A stretch of 64,000 nucleotides of DNA from the NCBI GenBank assembly GCA_024137785.1, contig JAHRHZ010000061.1:4746085-4810084 (forward strand), given 5' to 3'. The position numbers were made by a program, and so were the translations under genes. This DNA comes from Ginglymostoma cirratum (taxonomy: Eukaryota). A model generated the notes under the pieces. The model saw nothing but the letters and a program-made list of their open reading frames with translations. It did not search any database and was not told the DNA's origin. The stretch's first letter is position 1; each line of letters starts with the position of its first letter. Positions 38,639 through 51,991 of this stretch are shown here, one piece after another.

Positions 38639-39481
38639 GTACTTCTGACAATTTTTCAATATTAGCAAAGGAATGGGGTAAAGAGTATAAGCATGTTGAG
38701 TCTTGTATAACTGAAACAGGGAATTGGAGCTCAATCTATAGATTCTAAACTATACTTCTGCAGTGAAATGAATGGTTTACTTGTATCTGAAATCCAATCA
38801 TCAAAGTACGTGAAGATAGCAAGCTGCTGCGTTTTTGCAATTTGTATATCTCGTTTGGAATATTGACTGGCGTGCTCATTTCAAAAGTTTGGGCCCCAGT
38901 CTTTAAAATGGCTTGGAGTTGGCTTAGAATAATTTCACTAGACTGGTAGCAGGGCTGAAGACTTCAGTTTAAGTATTGTGTTAAATTTAGTCTGTTCCCT
39001 GGTTGTCTCCAGGGAATGCCATTTTAAGAAACTACCCTGAAAAATTGCAATGAACTGCTTATCTAGGCTACCTTTGCCCATCTAACTTTTTCCAATTAAA
39101 TGTTCCCTTGATTAACACCATGCCCTTCTGACAAATTCATGTGTTTCTTCCTTTGTGCCCACCACCTATCTAGTTACTGTTAGGAAGCAAGCATAATAGT
39201 TATCCAGACTTCTGACACTAATTGTCTGTCTACTGAGGATTGAAAGATTTTGCTTCCTTTTGACCTTTTACGTTTTTCTTTACTTTGGATGCATCATGTA
39301 CAGTTCAGTATTGTATGAAATGTACTGTAGTATATAGAATTTATTGAAAGATGGAAGAATGTGATCAATTGTGTTTTAATGCTATGATGTCCAGAAAATC
39401 CATTATGTTTAATAAACTGCTGAAGTGATTTTGAAAAGAGATTATGAATACTGCATTCGCATTCCTTCTTATCCCCTACAG

Positions 39482-39622
39482 ACCAACATGTGCCAACTCC
39501 TGACACTCCTAATGTCATCAGTTTAATCTCCGATCATAAACTGCTGGTCACTGACACCCCTAATATATTCAAACCAATTCTAGAATCTGAACCTGCAAAG
39601 ACAGCTGAGAAAGAAGTAACAG
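39482..39622 (+). CDS. Repeat exon A3, 141 bp, DQHVPTPDTPNVISLISDHKLLVTDTPNIFKPILESEPAKTAEKEVT
   Basis: cccctacag acceptor, ACAG|gtattt donor. Confidence 0.9.
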
Positions 39623-40357
39623 GTATTTCTGACAATATTTCTGCCTGGAACATGAACCAAGTATTTGAGTAAATAGGAAGTGCATGTTGAGATCTGTATT
39701 AATGCAGGAAAAATTTCTGATGCATGCTGCAGGTGCTATGCCACACTTTTATAATTAAGTGTGATAGTACAATGTCTCGCATGCAATTCATTCCGTATTG
39801 TGGCACACAGCATCGGAAACGAGCAATTCACTGCCTATCTCTTGGAATTTGTGTTTTGTTTCTCTGTTGGATTCTTTGGTCAACATCCTTATTTCATAGC
39901 ACTTTAAGGCTGTGCTTGGGTGGTGGGTATCTTTCGAGGCTGTATTGTCATGAATTTTATTGGGTGATTGATTGGCTTTATGTGATTGGGGCAGTTTTAC
40001 AGCATGAGGTATCTGTTATCATTTTACTCTACTATGAATCTTTTGGAAGGCATTATTGACAAGTCACAAAACATAGAATGAACAAATCACTGCACATTTA
40101 ATGGTAAACAAGCATTTTTGTTCTCACCGCTGAATTATTTGCTTAGCGCACTTATCCTAAAGTTTAGGCACCATGCTTTGCTATAAATTGTGTGTCGAAC
40201 TATCATCACTTCATTGTCACAATCATTTTATGGTAAGCTACTTTTCCATCGTGGAAGCAATGTTGGTGCACTGAGTTTTTGTTGCTTTAACTCTATTACA
40301 TGAATCTTTTAATTTTAATAGTGTTGTATTAATTAGTATACATGGTAATTAGTGAAT

Positions 40358-41290
40358 GTAAGTTACTTGGACTTGCAGAAGGCTTTCAGTAAGGTCCCAT
40401 GTAAGAGAGTAGTGTAAAATTGCATGATGATTGCACAATGTTCAGCACCACTCATGACCACTCATGACCACTCATGCTAAGCAGTCCTTGTCTACATGTA
40501 GCAAGGCTTGGGTGGGATTCAGTCTTGGAATAATTAATAATGAGTTATATTCATTGCCACAAATGCCAGGGAATGGCCACTTCCAACAAGAGAGAGATTC
40601 TCTTGACATTCAATATCATTATCATCAATGAATGTCTCACTATCAACATCCTTACTATTGACCAAGGACAGAACCAAATCATCTATATAAATATTGCTGT
40701 GACAATACAATGTTAGGGGCTTGGAATTCTGTAGCAAATAAATCACCTGACTCACCAGTGCCTGCCTACCGTCTACAAGGTGCTAGTTAAGAGTGTGACG
40801 GAATACCATCCATTTGCCAGGATAAGTGCAGCTCTGGCAATGCTTGGGTAGCTCGACACCATCCAGGATAAGGAAGTCCAGTTCATTGGCACCCTGTATA
40901 ACACCCTGAACATTCACTCCCTTCACTAACAATGCACAATGGCAGCAGTGTGTAGTGTATACAAGATGCACAGAATCAGCTCAAAAAGGCTCCTTCGACT
41001 GCACCTTCCAAACCTGTGACTTCTATCATCTAGGACAAGGGCAGCAAATATGTGGGAACAACACTACTTGCAAGATTCCCTCTTGGTTGCAAATTATCCT
41101 GACTTTGAGCCATATCGCTGTTGCTGAGTCAAAATCTTGGAACTCCATTCCTCACAGCAATGTGGGTGTTCCCACATGCCTGAACTGCAGCAGTTCAAGA
41201 AAGTAGCTTAACACCTCCTCCTTGAGCAATTAGTGGTGGGCAGTAAATACTGGCCTTGCCAACAATGCATTCATTCCATGAATGAATAGT
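40358..41290 (+). mobile_element. Decayed LINE 3' portion (short CR1 piece, then second LINE family with tail ...ttccatgaatgaata)
   Basis: RT C-terminal-like remnants (ctacaaggtgctagttaagagtgtgacggaatacc; ggaactccattcctcacagc); includes (ACCACTCATG)x3 at 40447-40476. Confidence 0.7.
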
Positions 41291-41524
41291 AGTAAAACAA
41301 AAATCTAGCATAGTGAGTGTCATCTATGTTCCATTCTTTTGAATAAAGGAAATATAAACTGACCCTTGATGAAGCTACTGTAAATCACCTCCCATCTATG
41401 AGGCACCAGTTGCCATCACTTTCTGTTTTGCATCGCTTTTTGTATCCATATCACAGCATTAATTCCATGGATTCCACCTTAAGAGGCTTCCTGTCTGCTA
41501 CTTTGCTGAATGATTTGAAAAATT

Positions 41525-41840
41525 CCAAGACCCAGGCTAATGTTCTGGAGACACTAATTCAAAACCAAAGGTAGCAACTGGTGGAATTCAAGTAGTTCAA
41601 TTCCTACAGCTAGAATACAAAGGGAATCTTTGGAATGGTGAACATGTCATCTCCCATTGATTCTTGTAAGAACCCATTTGATTTACTAATGATGATTAGG
41701 GAAGGGAATTCACTGTCCTTACCTGGTCTAGCCTACATGTGACTTCAGACCTTCAGCAATATAATTAACTGTTAACTGTCCTCTGAAATGGCGCAGCAAA
41801 TTCTGGAGATTAAGGGAAATTAGTGATGGTCAATAATTGA
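41525..41840 (+). mobile_element. 5'-truncated SINE copy carried in the duplication unit
   Basis: ctgtccttacctggtctagcctacatgtgact core shared with the 48.3, 52.4, 56.1 and 59.4 kb copies. Confidence 0.75.
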
Positions 41841-41925
41841 TGACCGCACCTGCAACTCCACATGCACTCACCCCTCCTCCACCTGCCATTTCCCCCCCCC
41901 ACCAAGTACGATCTATATCCTTTGG

Positions 41926-42066
41926 ACCAGCATGTACCAATTTGCAATGCTCGTAGAGCCTTCAATTTAATCTCGGATTATAAACTGCTGGTCACTAACA
42001 CCCCTATTGTATTCAAACGAGACTTGGAATCTGAACCTGCAAAGATAGAGGAGAAAGAAGTGACAG
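41926..42066 (+). pseudogene. Dead A-type exon (psiA4), 141 bp, frame still open: DQHVPICNARRAFNLISDYKLLVTNTPIVFKRDLESEPAKIEEKEVT
   Basis: Acceptor reads cctttgg (no AG at the homologous site); donor reads ACAG|atattt (GT changed to AT). Confidence 0.85.
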
Positions 42067-43060
42067 ATATTTCTGAGACTATTTCTGCCTGAAACATGTA
42101 TGTTGAGTTGTGTATTAATGCAAGAGACGATTCTTGCAGAAGCTTTGGCACACTTCTTTAATTAAATAAATCTGATAATCAGTATGTTGTCTCACACACA
42201 GTTCAGTGTTGTGGCATGCAATACATGAAATGAGTCTGGAATTTATGCATTTTGCCTCTCTCTATTGGAATCTTTGGTCAATATCCTTATGTTATTGAGC
42301 TTTGAGGCTGTGCTTAGCCAGACAGTGACTTACAAGTTGCACAGACACAAGATTTATTGAATGATAATTATGCCTTTATGGAGCAAAGTTATTCCATGAG
42401 GTATCTGTTATCATATCATTATCTTATGAACCTTCTGGAAGTCGTTGACTGTCTTCACACACTGCATATAAAATGAACAAATCACTACACATTAAATGGA
42501 AATTAAGCACTTTTGTTCTTACCATTCGATTATTCACTCAGCAAGCTAATTTCCTTAAGTGTAGAGATTGTGTTTTGTATAAATTGTGTCAAACTATAGA
42601 ATCACCAAGTCATTGCATGTTTTATGGAAAGTAGTCGTTTTTTTCACACAGTTAAATTATTCGCTGAGTACAATTATCTCCTAAAGTTTAGCCATCGTGC
42701 TTTGCTATAAATAGTCGGTCTATCATCACTTCAGTGTAAAAAATTGGATCGTAAATAACTTTTACATGGTAGAAGCGACATTGGTGCTTTGACTGTCTAG
42801 TGCCAGGTTACTTTCATATGAATCATATCATGGAATCCATAGCTGGAATTAATTATTTTACTCACTGAATATAATTTAGCATTGAATTGAATGTATTATT
42901 ATACGATGTATTCAGTTACTTTAGAGTATCTATTTAGTATTAGAACGAGAGGATACTTCAACGGTGATCAAGAAATACAGATATATTCCTCAATTTAACA
43001 AAGATTATTATCACTATTGACTAAGAATTTTGTGTCTGGATTCCTTTTTATTCCTAGCAG

Positions 43061-43201
43061 ACCGTGAGGTGCCAACCTCTGATACTCGCAATGTGTTCAG
43101 TTCAATCACAGATTATGAGCTACCAGTCACTGATTCTTCACATATCATCAATTCAATCCCAGAATCCGACCCAACTAAGATAGGGAAGGATGAACTTACA
43201 G
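43061..43201 (+). CDS. Repeat exon B4, 141 bp, DREVPTSDTRNVFSSITDYELPVTDSSHIINSIPESDPTKIGKDELT
   Basis: tagcag acceptor, ACAG|gtactt donor. Confidence 0.9.
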
Positions 43202-43973
43202 GTACTTCTGATTTTAAAAAAAACTCCTTTGATCATACCGAAAATATAATGGAGGAAACAGTTTGTGCTGAGAGTCTTGAGTTACTGAAACAGTGTGTTC
43301 GGGCACAACCTTTTGGATTCTATTCCATATTTTTACGGTTAACTGAGTGCTTTTGTTGATTTGTGAAATGCATTCATCATCGAAGCATAAAGTATATGAG
43401 GAGAGTAAACTGCTGCATTTCTCCTCCATGTTATAAAATTGATCTCTTATGGATTATTTGATCAATATGTTCAGGCGCCAACTTTAGGCATATCAAGATC
43501 TTGAAGTGAGCTGGGCAGAGATTCACTAGAATAGTAGCAGGGATGATGACTTCAATTTTTGGTGATCCTGGGGAAGCCAGGAGACTACCATTAAAACAGA
43601 GAAGGTTAAAGGAAATGGAATACTTATGTTCAAAATTCTGAGGAGTTTAGATAGAAATGTATAGGGAAAAATGCATTTTGAGTGATATTTTGTTACATTC
43701 TTTGGGAAAGTCCAATTTCTCTTACCCCTAGTAATGGTTTTCCATAACTTCCATTGCACTGCTGTTTGCTGAAGTTCTCTGGTATCTCCCTGACCCTTGC
43801 TTGTATATGCATCCAAACATACAAATTTAAAAACAAGAGTAGGCCACGCAACCTCTCCAGGCAGCTCTTCCATTCAGTAATATCATGGCTGATCTAATGG
43901 AACGTTACATTGGCCATTCTTTTCTGCTTTTTATATTCTGTGCATAACTGTGCGTCTTTTTTTAAAGTTTGAT

Positions 43974-44391
43974 ACTATTACGAGGAAAGGCTGAGGGACT
44001 TGAGGCTGTTTTCGTTAGAGAGAAGAAGGTTAAGAGGTGACTTAACAGAGACGTACAAGATGATCAGAGGATTAGATACGGTGGACAGTGAGAGCCTTTT
44101 TCCTCGGATGGTGACGGCTAGCACGAGGGCACATAGCTTTAAATTGAGGAGTGATAGATATAGAACAGATGTCAGAGTGAGGTTCTTTACTCAGAGAGTA
44201 GTAAAGGTGTGGAATGCCCTGCCTGCAACAGTAGTAGACTCGCCAACTTTAAGGGCATTTAAATGGTCATTGCATAAACATATGGATGATAAGGGAATAG
44301 TGTAGGTTAGATGGGCTTCAGTTTGGTTTCACAGGTTGGTGCAACATCGAGAGCCGAAGGGCCTGTACTGCGCTGTTATGTTCTATGTTCT
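43974..44391 (+). mobile_element. Relatively young CR1/HER1-type LINE 3' end
   Basis: ORF LFSLERRRLRGDLTETYKMIRG...FFTQRVVKVWNALP; tail gttatgttctatgttct. Confidence 0.92.
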
Positions 44392-45093
44392 TAGTTAGCC
44401 GCAAATGGTGGGTACATCCCTTGGACTTTTTCTTACAGAATGGATACATTCCGATGAATATAATCTGAAATATCTTTGTGTCTGTTTCTGCATTTCTATT
44501 GACATATCATTAACTTAATTTACCAATTATCTTTACCCAGTTCTACTATGAGATCATTAATTAACCTTATGTCTTTGAACATCATCTGCTTCTTCAGACT
44601 GTGCTGTTTTAAGAAACTACCCTGAAAGTATGCTATAAACTCATGTTCTAGGCTACTTTTGGCCATCATCTGACTTTTCCCATCAATGTGTAGATAAAAA
44701 TTTCCTATGATTATCATCGTGCCTTTCTGACAAACTCTCAGTATTTTTATTTTTATGCCCCACCCAACTGTGTGGTTACCGTTTTGTCAGTTTTCTGACA
44801 CTACTCCTTTATCCACTGAGGACTGAAAGACTTTACTGTTTATTTCTACCGTTGTCTCCTTCAGTGGCCTCGGATATACTTTGTAGAGTTTATTATTGTA
44901 TAAAATGTATTATTTGATTAATAATGTGTAATTTCAATACAATTTATTTAAAATGATAATGGAAAAATATAACCGATTTTTGTTTCAATGTAATGATGTC
45001 TAGTAAATCAAATACGTTTATCAATGAGCTGCTGGAGTGATTTTAAAGAGAGATTATGAATATTGGATTCGCATTCCTTCTTATCCCCTGCAG

Positions 45094-45234
45094 ACCATCA
45101 TGTGCCAACTCTTGACACCCCTAACGTCTTCAGTTTAATCTCAGAGTATAAACCGCCAGTCACTGACACCCCTAATATATTCAATCCAGTTCTACATTCT
45201 GAACCTGCAAGGACAACACGGAAAGAAGTAACAG
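45094..45234 (+). CDS. Repeat exon A5, 141 bp, DHHVPTLDTPNVFSLISEYKPPVTDTPNIFNPVLHSEPARTTRKEVT
   Basis: cccctgcag acceptor, ACAG|gtattt donor. Confidence 0.9.
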
Positions 45235-46045
45235 GTATTTCAGACCATATCTCTCCCTAAGCACTTGAATATATAAAAACAAGTGCATGTTGAGGTTTGT
45301 GTTAATGCAGCACATATTTGTCTGTCACCCTGTCATTGCTGCGCCACTCTTTTGCAATTAAATAAGTGTGATCGTACACTGTCTTGCATGCAAATCTTTC
45401 CGTTTTGTGGCCCACTGTATAGGAAGCAAACAAACCACTGCCTATCTCCTGAAATTTTTGCACTTTATTTCTATCTATCAAATTCTTTGGTCAATATCTT
45501 GATTCTGTGGAGCTTTAGGCTGTTTTGGCTAGACAGAGAATTTCAATACTGTACTTTTATGATGTTTATTGAATAATAATTAGCTTTATGTATTGGAAGA
45601 AATGTTACTGCATGGAGTATCTGTTATTGTACCACTGTCTTGTGAATCTTTTTGAAAGGCATGTGTAATTGCACATTTCATGGAACTTTAAGCATTTTTA
45701 AAAATCTTAGTTCACTTATTTGCTCAACAATCTGAGATCCTAGAGTCTAGGCACTGTGCTTTGCTACAAATTGTCAACCCATCATCACTTCATTGTGACA
45801 TTCATTGTATGATAGGTTACTTTTGCATAGTGGAAGCATGTTAGTGCATTTATTGTCTGTGGCCATGTCATGATCCTCTGATTTTAAAAAATAATACTTG
45901 AATTAATTCATTTTCACTCAGTATAGTTTAGGTTTGTACTGTATTTGATGTGCAGAAATACAAATGTATTCCTTAAAGCAAAATTGGAATTATTTTCACT
46001 ATTGATTTTGAATTTTGCATATGAACTCCTCCTTATTCCTAGCAG

Positions 46046-46186
46046 ACCATGAGGTGCCAACCTCTGACACTTGTTATGAGTTTAGTTCAATCTCAGACTA
46101 TGAGCTACCAGTCACTGACTCTCCCCATGTGCTCCATTCAGTACCAGGATCTGAACCTGCAAAGATAGGGAAGGATCACTTAACAG
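46046..46186 (+). CDS. Repeat exon B5, 141 bp, DHEVPTSDTCYEFSSISDYELPVTDSPHVLHSVPGSEPAKIGKDHLT
   Basis: tagcag acceptor, ACAG|gtactt donor. Confidence 0.9.
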
Positions 46187-46718
46187 GTACTTCTGACAAT
46201 AATTGTGTTTTTGGTATTAGCAAATGAATGGAATATATAGTATAGGTATATTGAGGTTTGTACAACCTAAACAGAGTTAGGGCTCACTCTGTAGATTCTA
46301 TCGCACACTTTAGCAGATAAGTGAGTTGTTTAGAAGATAAATCCCATTTGTCATTGTTCTGTAAAAGTATGAAAACAGCAAACTGAAATATTTCTTCTGC
46401 ATTTAATGCAATTTGTTCATCTTTTTGGATTATTTGATCAATGAGCTCATTGCATGAAATTTATGCTCTTGACTATAAGAAAGATATCAAGGCCCTGAGG
46501 TGAATAGAGAATAGATTGATAGGAGTGTAGCAAAGTTGAAGTTTTCAGTTTTGTGGAAAGCTTGGAGAAGCTGGGATGATGTGTGACCGAGTTGAGGAAA
46601 TCTTTCTTCATTCAAAGTAATGATAAAGTTGCATGCTGTACCTCAGAAGGCTGTGGAGGTCAAGTCACTGAACATGTTCAAGAAAGGGTTTGAGTTATAA
46701 GGAAAGGCTGGGACATTT

Positions 46719-47106
46719 TACCCTGGAGTGTCAGAGGCTGAAGGGTGACCTTTTGCAGATTTATAAAACCATGAGGGGCATCGATAAGGCAAATAGCCAG
46801 GGGTAAGGGAGTCCAAAACTAGAGGACATAGGTTTAAGGTGAGAGGCAAAAGATTTAAAAGAGACCTGAGGGGCAACGTTTTCACACAGGGTGGTGCATG
46901 TATAGAATGAGCTGCCAGAGGAAGTGTGGAGGGTGGTACAATTACAATATTCAAAAGACATCTGGACAGGTACGAGGATAGGAAAGCTTTAGAGGGATAT
47001 GGGCCAAATGCACGCAAATGGGACTAATTCAATTTAGGATACCTGGTCGGCATGGACGTGTTGGACTGAAGGGTCTGTTTCCATGTTGTATTATGCCAAG
47101 ACTCTA
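46719..47106 (+). mobile_element. CR1/HER1-type LINE 3' end
   Basis: gagtccaaaactagaggacataggtttaaggtgagag...gaagggtctgtttccatg; same family as 18821-19164. Confidence 0.88.
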
Positions 47107-48087
47107 AAGAGACTGCTACATTTTTTAGATTTTAAAAGAAATATGGGGTAGGGTGAGAAAGTGTGAATGTGACATTGAGATGGAGAATCAGCTAAGATCG
47201 TGTTGAATGGCAGAGCAGACCCAAAGAGCCACGTGGCTTCCCCTGCTCCAAATTTCCATGTTTCTGAATTTCCTTAGAATAAAGAAGGCTACAGAGAAAT
47301 AGAATTCTTACCTTCAAAACTCTAAGTGAAAACTATTTCCTTGTCCACCCTTTGAATGTTTTGGCTATGATTTTGACTCCATGATGAGCACTGGTAATTG
47401 ATTATGTGACAAAAGAAGTTATTGATCCTATCCACTTTATTAACATATTACCTCACCTTGAAATTTCTGTTTGATCACCTCGTTATCCTTTCTGTGCCAA
47501 CAAAAGCAGTTCTAAATTTTCCCACCCTCTCCTGACTGAAGTGCCTTATTACTGGTTACGTTCTAGTGATTCTCCTCTGTACCCTTTCTAAGAGACTTCT
47601 TCATTCCTTAATTGCCATGTGCAGAGTTGTCAGCAATATTTCATCAGAGGTGTAATCGGTGATTTGTGACATCCCAGCATGATATAAATGGAAGTAATCC
47701 AAGTGTTTTCTTAACTGTTTTATCTTTTGTCCTTCCGGATTTTAGGTTTTAATTGGGCAGAAATGTCATCAGTTTCCTTATGTTTTTAAAATTGCACTAC
47801 TTAAGTTCATAATTAGTCAGCTCTAAGTAGTTCATTCACTCATTGACGCCAGCAAATCCTGTCAGTTAATTCGAACCAATCACTGTACTGCCCTCAGTCT
47901 GATCTGTTACTTCACGGGTGTAGGGCACAAAATATTGTGAATAGATCAGCTATAACAAGGGGAAGGTGTAATCGACCCAAATTTGAGTGACACCACTGTA
48001 AACCACCTCCCAGCCTGTAAAACATCCATACACCATCATTTTTGTATCCACATCACTCAATTCTTAATTCAGTTGGCTTCCTTCTTA

Positions 48088-48660
48088 ATATGTCCTTTAG
48101 GGAAGGAAACAGCCATCCTTACCTCGTCTGGCCTACATGTGACTCTAGACCCACAGCAAAGTGGTTGACTCTCTACTGCCCTCTGGGCATTTAGGGATAG
48201 GCAATAAATGTTGCCTGGTCAGCAACGCCTTCATCCCGTGAATGAATAAAGAAAAATAAAAGTCTCTTATATACCACCTTGTTAACTGTCTTGGGGAAAG
48301 TCCAAGGATGCAGAAAACATGGGTTCAAATAGTGACATGGCAATTATTTGAATATAGATAATTTTTTTTCTAAAGGAATCGAACTATCCTCATTTCATCT
48401 CTGAAGCATGAAGTGAATCTCAGTAATGGTGATTCCATAAGTTACCAACAATCATCTTAAAAACCTATCTGGTTTAATAATGTTCTTTGGAGAAGGAAAT
48501 CTGCTTTATTTTCTTAATCTGCCAGCCGTGTGATTGTTAAACTATAGTATTGACCTCCTGAAATGGCCCAGCAAACCATTTGGTTCAAGAACACTTAGAG
48601 ATGGTCAACAAGTAATAGCCTTGCCTGTGACACACACACACCACATGATAGAACAATGAC
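48088..48660 (+). mobile_element. Two adjacent copies of the unit SINE family (short copy about 48088-48260; unit copy about 48300-48660)
   Basis: ccttacctcgtctggcctacatgtgactctagacccacagcaa...catcccgtgaatgaataaa; second copy more diverged. Confidence 0.7.
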
Positions 48661-49251
48661 AACAATCTTAACAGGCTTCTTATGTGGTCCTTTATTACAC
48701 GCCTTGGGAATATCTAGGTGTGTATCTATTACACTAGCTTGGCTAATCTTCTCTGTCCATGCATCCAATTAAGTTATTCAGATGTAATTAACTGTTTACA
48801 AAGTCATACTGGTACTTCTTGATTCATTCGAGTCTTTTAACATGAATAGTTTATTTATTCTTAACAATGGATTTCAATAGCTACCCCAGCATCATCATTA
48901 GCCTGACAGCTCTATAATTTTCACATTTCTCACTAATATGTTCTTATATATAAGATTAGCAGTTATCCTGCCTTCTCCTCCATCACTGAAGATTAAAAGA
49001 CTGTGCTACCCATACCTTTGGTTCTTCTGGTAATCTCAGATTCATTATGTAAAGTTTAGTATTGTATAAAATCTATTAGATGCAAACAATGTAATTAAAA
49101 TAGAATCCATTTAAAGTGATAATGGAAGAATGAGACAAATCAAATTCAAAAGTGCTTGACATCCAGTGAAGCAAATATTCAAAAATAGAAATATGAAGTT
49201 ATCTTCATGACAGATCGAGTATTGTATCCGCCTTCCCTCTTATCCCTGCAG

Positions 49252-49383
49252 ACCGTCATGTGCCAACTCGTGATGCTCCTAGTGTCTTCAGTTTAATCTC
49301 AGAATATAACCCACCTGTTACTGATATCCCGAATGTATTCAAACCAATCCTAGAGTCTGAACCCGCAGAGAAAGAAGTGACAG
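49252..49383 (+). CDS. Repeat exon A6, 132 bp, DRHVPTRDAPSVFSLISEYNPPVTDIPNVFKPILESEPAEKEVT
   Basis: ccctgcag acceptor, ACAG|gtattt donor; 9 nt in-frame deletion; not in the ORF track. Confidence 0.9.
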
Positions 49384-50303
49384 GTATTTCTGAGACCATT
49401 TCTACCTAGAATATGAATTTCTGAATGGAATAAATTGTAATAGATGCATGTTGAGGTTTTGTGTTAATGCAAGAGAAAATTCTGACACATGATGTGGTTG
49501 CTATGCCGCAATTAGATAAATAAATATGTTTGATAGTCTGCACACTGTTTCACATGCAACTCAATCTGTGTTGTGGCACACAATATATAAAACCAGGAAT
49601 TCACTGCCTATCTCTTGGAATGTATACCTTTTACTTCTCTCTATTAGTTTCTTAGTCAATGTTCTTATTTTATGGAGCCTCGCGGCTATGCTTGGCAAGC
49701 AGATAATATTCAAAGCTGTACTTTTGTGATGTGTATTGAATGATAATTGGCTATGTGATGGAAGCAATGTTATTGCATGGATTAGCTGTTTTCATACTAC
49801 TCTGCTTTGAATTGTTTGGAAGACATGTATTGTTATTCCTCAGTGCATATAGAATATTCAAATCACTGCACATTTCATGGAAAATAAGCACTTTTGATAT
49901 CACCATTGAATTATTTGGTTATCACACTCTTTTGCTAAAGTTTAGAGACTGGGCTTTGCTATAGATTATAACTTACCATCTCTTCTTTATGATGTACTAA
50001 ATTACTTTTACACAGGAAGAAATATTGGTGTATTAAGTGGCTGTTGCCAGGTCACTATCACAATAAATCTTTTTCAATAATGTGAAACTAATTAATCTAT
50101 GCACGAAGTATAATTTAATATTGAATGGAATGCATTGTTAAATGGTGACTTTGAAGAGTATTTAACAATGAATGTAATGAGAGAATATTATAATAGTGCT
50201 AGAGTGATATTCACAAATATAATTATATTTTGCAAAACATGACAAAGGTTATTTTTACACAGATTGAGAATTTTGTATTTGGATTCCTTCTTATCCCCAG
50301 CAG

Positions 50304-50444
50304 CCCATGAGGTACAAACCTCTGACATTCGCAATGTGGTTAGTTCAATCTCAGACAATGAACTGCTGGTCACTGATTCTCCCTATGTGTTCCATCCAGT
50401 CTCAGGATCTGACCCTGCAAAGATGAGGAAGGATAAATTTACAG
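50304..50444 (+). CDS. Repeat exon B6, 141 bp, AHEVQTSDIRNVVSSISDNELLVTDSPYVFHPVSGSDPAKMRKDKFT
   Basis: cagcag acceptor, ACAG|gtactt donor. Confidence 0.9.
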
Positions 50445-50732
50445 GTACTTCTGACAATAACTGCATTTTTTTGAATTAGCAAAGGATTGAGTAAAGAGTA
50501 TAGGCATGTTGAAGTTGGACTTTAAAGCAGAGTTAGGGCACAAACTGTAGATTGTATGCCACAGTAGTCAAGTGAGTAATTTAGTTCTATATGAAATGCA
50601 TTCATTATTACAGTAAGCATATGATAGAAGCAAACTGTTACAATTCTCCTATTTAAATGCAGATTGTTTATCCTTTTTGGATTATTTGATCAGAAGACCA
50701 TCAAGGTCTTGGACTGGATTAAAGATTTAATT

Positions 50733-51094
50733 GTGCAGCGTGATAACTCAGTGGTTAGCACTGCTGCCTCACAGCACCAGGGACCCAGGTTGATTACAGC
50801 CTTGGGTGACTGTCTGTGTGGAGTTTGCATGTTCTTCCTGTGTCTGCATGGGTTACCTGCAGGTTCTCTGGTTTCCTCCCACAGTCCAGAGATGTGCAGG
50901 TTAAGCGGATTGGCCATCATAAATTTTCTGCAGTGTTCAGGGATGGGTCGGCTAGGTGTGTTAGCCATGGTAAATGTGCGGTTACGGGGATAAGGTGGGG
51001 ATCTGGGTCTGGATGGGATGCTCTTTGGATGGTCGGTGTGGACTTGATGAGCCGAGTGACCTCTTTCCACACTGTAGGGATTCTATGATTCTAT
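50733..51094 (+). mobile_element. HE1-type tRNA-derived V-SINE, near full length
   Basis: ctcagtggttagcactgctgcctcacag head, tgtgtggagtttgcatgttct...ggtttcctcccacagtcca V-domain, CR1-like tail gattctatgattctat. Confidence 0.9.
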
Positions 51095-51991
51095 CAATTT
51101 GCTAACATTGTGGTAGAGATGAAGACTTTAATTTTGTGGAGAGTTTAGAGATGAGTTCTTTGTAGAACAAAAATGATGAAAGGGAAATGGCATATTTGTC
51201 TTAAATTCTGTATGTTTAGACAGAGTACAATTTGGAGAAACTGGCAGGAGAATCTGTTAGCGAAGAGCTCCAATATGAGGTAGTCTGCAAGCAGAGATGA
51301 TATGAAAGTTTTTCACATGCCTGCTTATTACCATCAGCAGTGCCACCTGAACAAAGCCTCAGTTAAAATTACAAATGACAATTGCTTCTGCACATTTTAA
51401 TGTAGACCATTACAAATACTGACAGAAATCTAAATGAAAAATACTCTCAACATTGACTCTTCAGATGTTTGGACAATGATTTTGAATTCATAGTGACCAT
51501 TAGTTTTTTATGCAGTGTGTTAAAACACCTCATCGTCTTTAGATTTCTATTAACTGCGTCGTTAACTTTTCTGATCTAACGAGAACAGTTTTAGATTTCC
51601 CAACCTCTCCCCATGACCGGTAACATTCTGGTATTTCTCCTCTGTACCCTTTCTAAGTCCCTTGTAATGTTCCTCAATTGTCATGCTTAGAATGTCCATA
51701 GTATTTCAACAGAGGCCTAATCGGTGATTTATGAAGTTCTAGCAGGATCTCTTTGCTTTCATGTTCTATTACATGTTTTACAAATGCAAGTAATCCAAAT
51801 GCTTTCTGAATCGTTTGTCAACCACTTTTCCCGATTTTAAGGGTTTCTTTATTTATATAGGTGGATTGGTCTTCTGCACATCTGCACTTTTTAAACAAAA
51901 TTATATTTGATCCAATTAGTCATCCCAAAGTGCATCTTTTACACTTCTCCACACAGCCAATGCTTCAATCCATGCCACCACTCAGTTGTCT

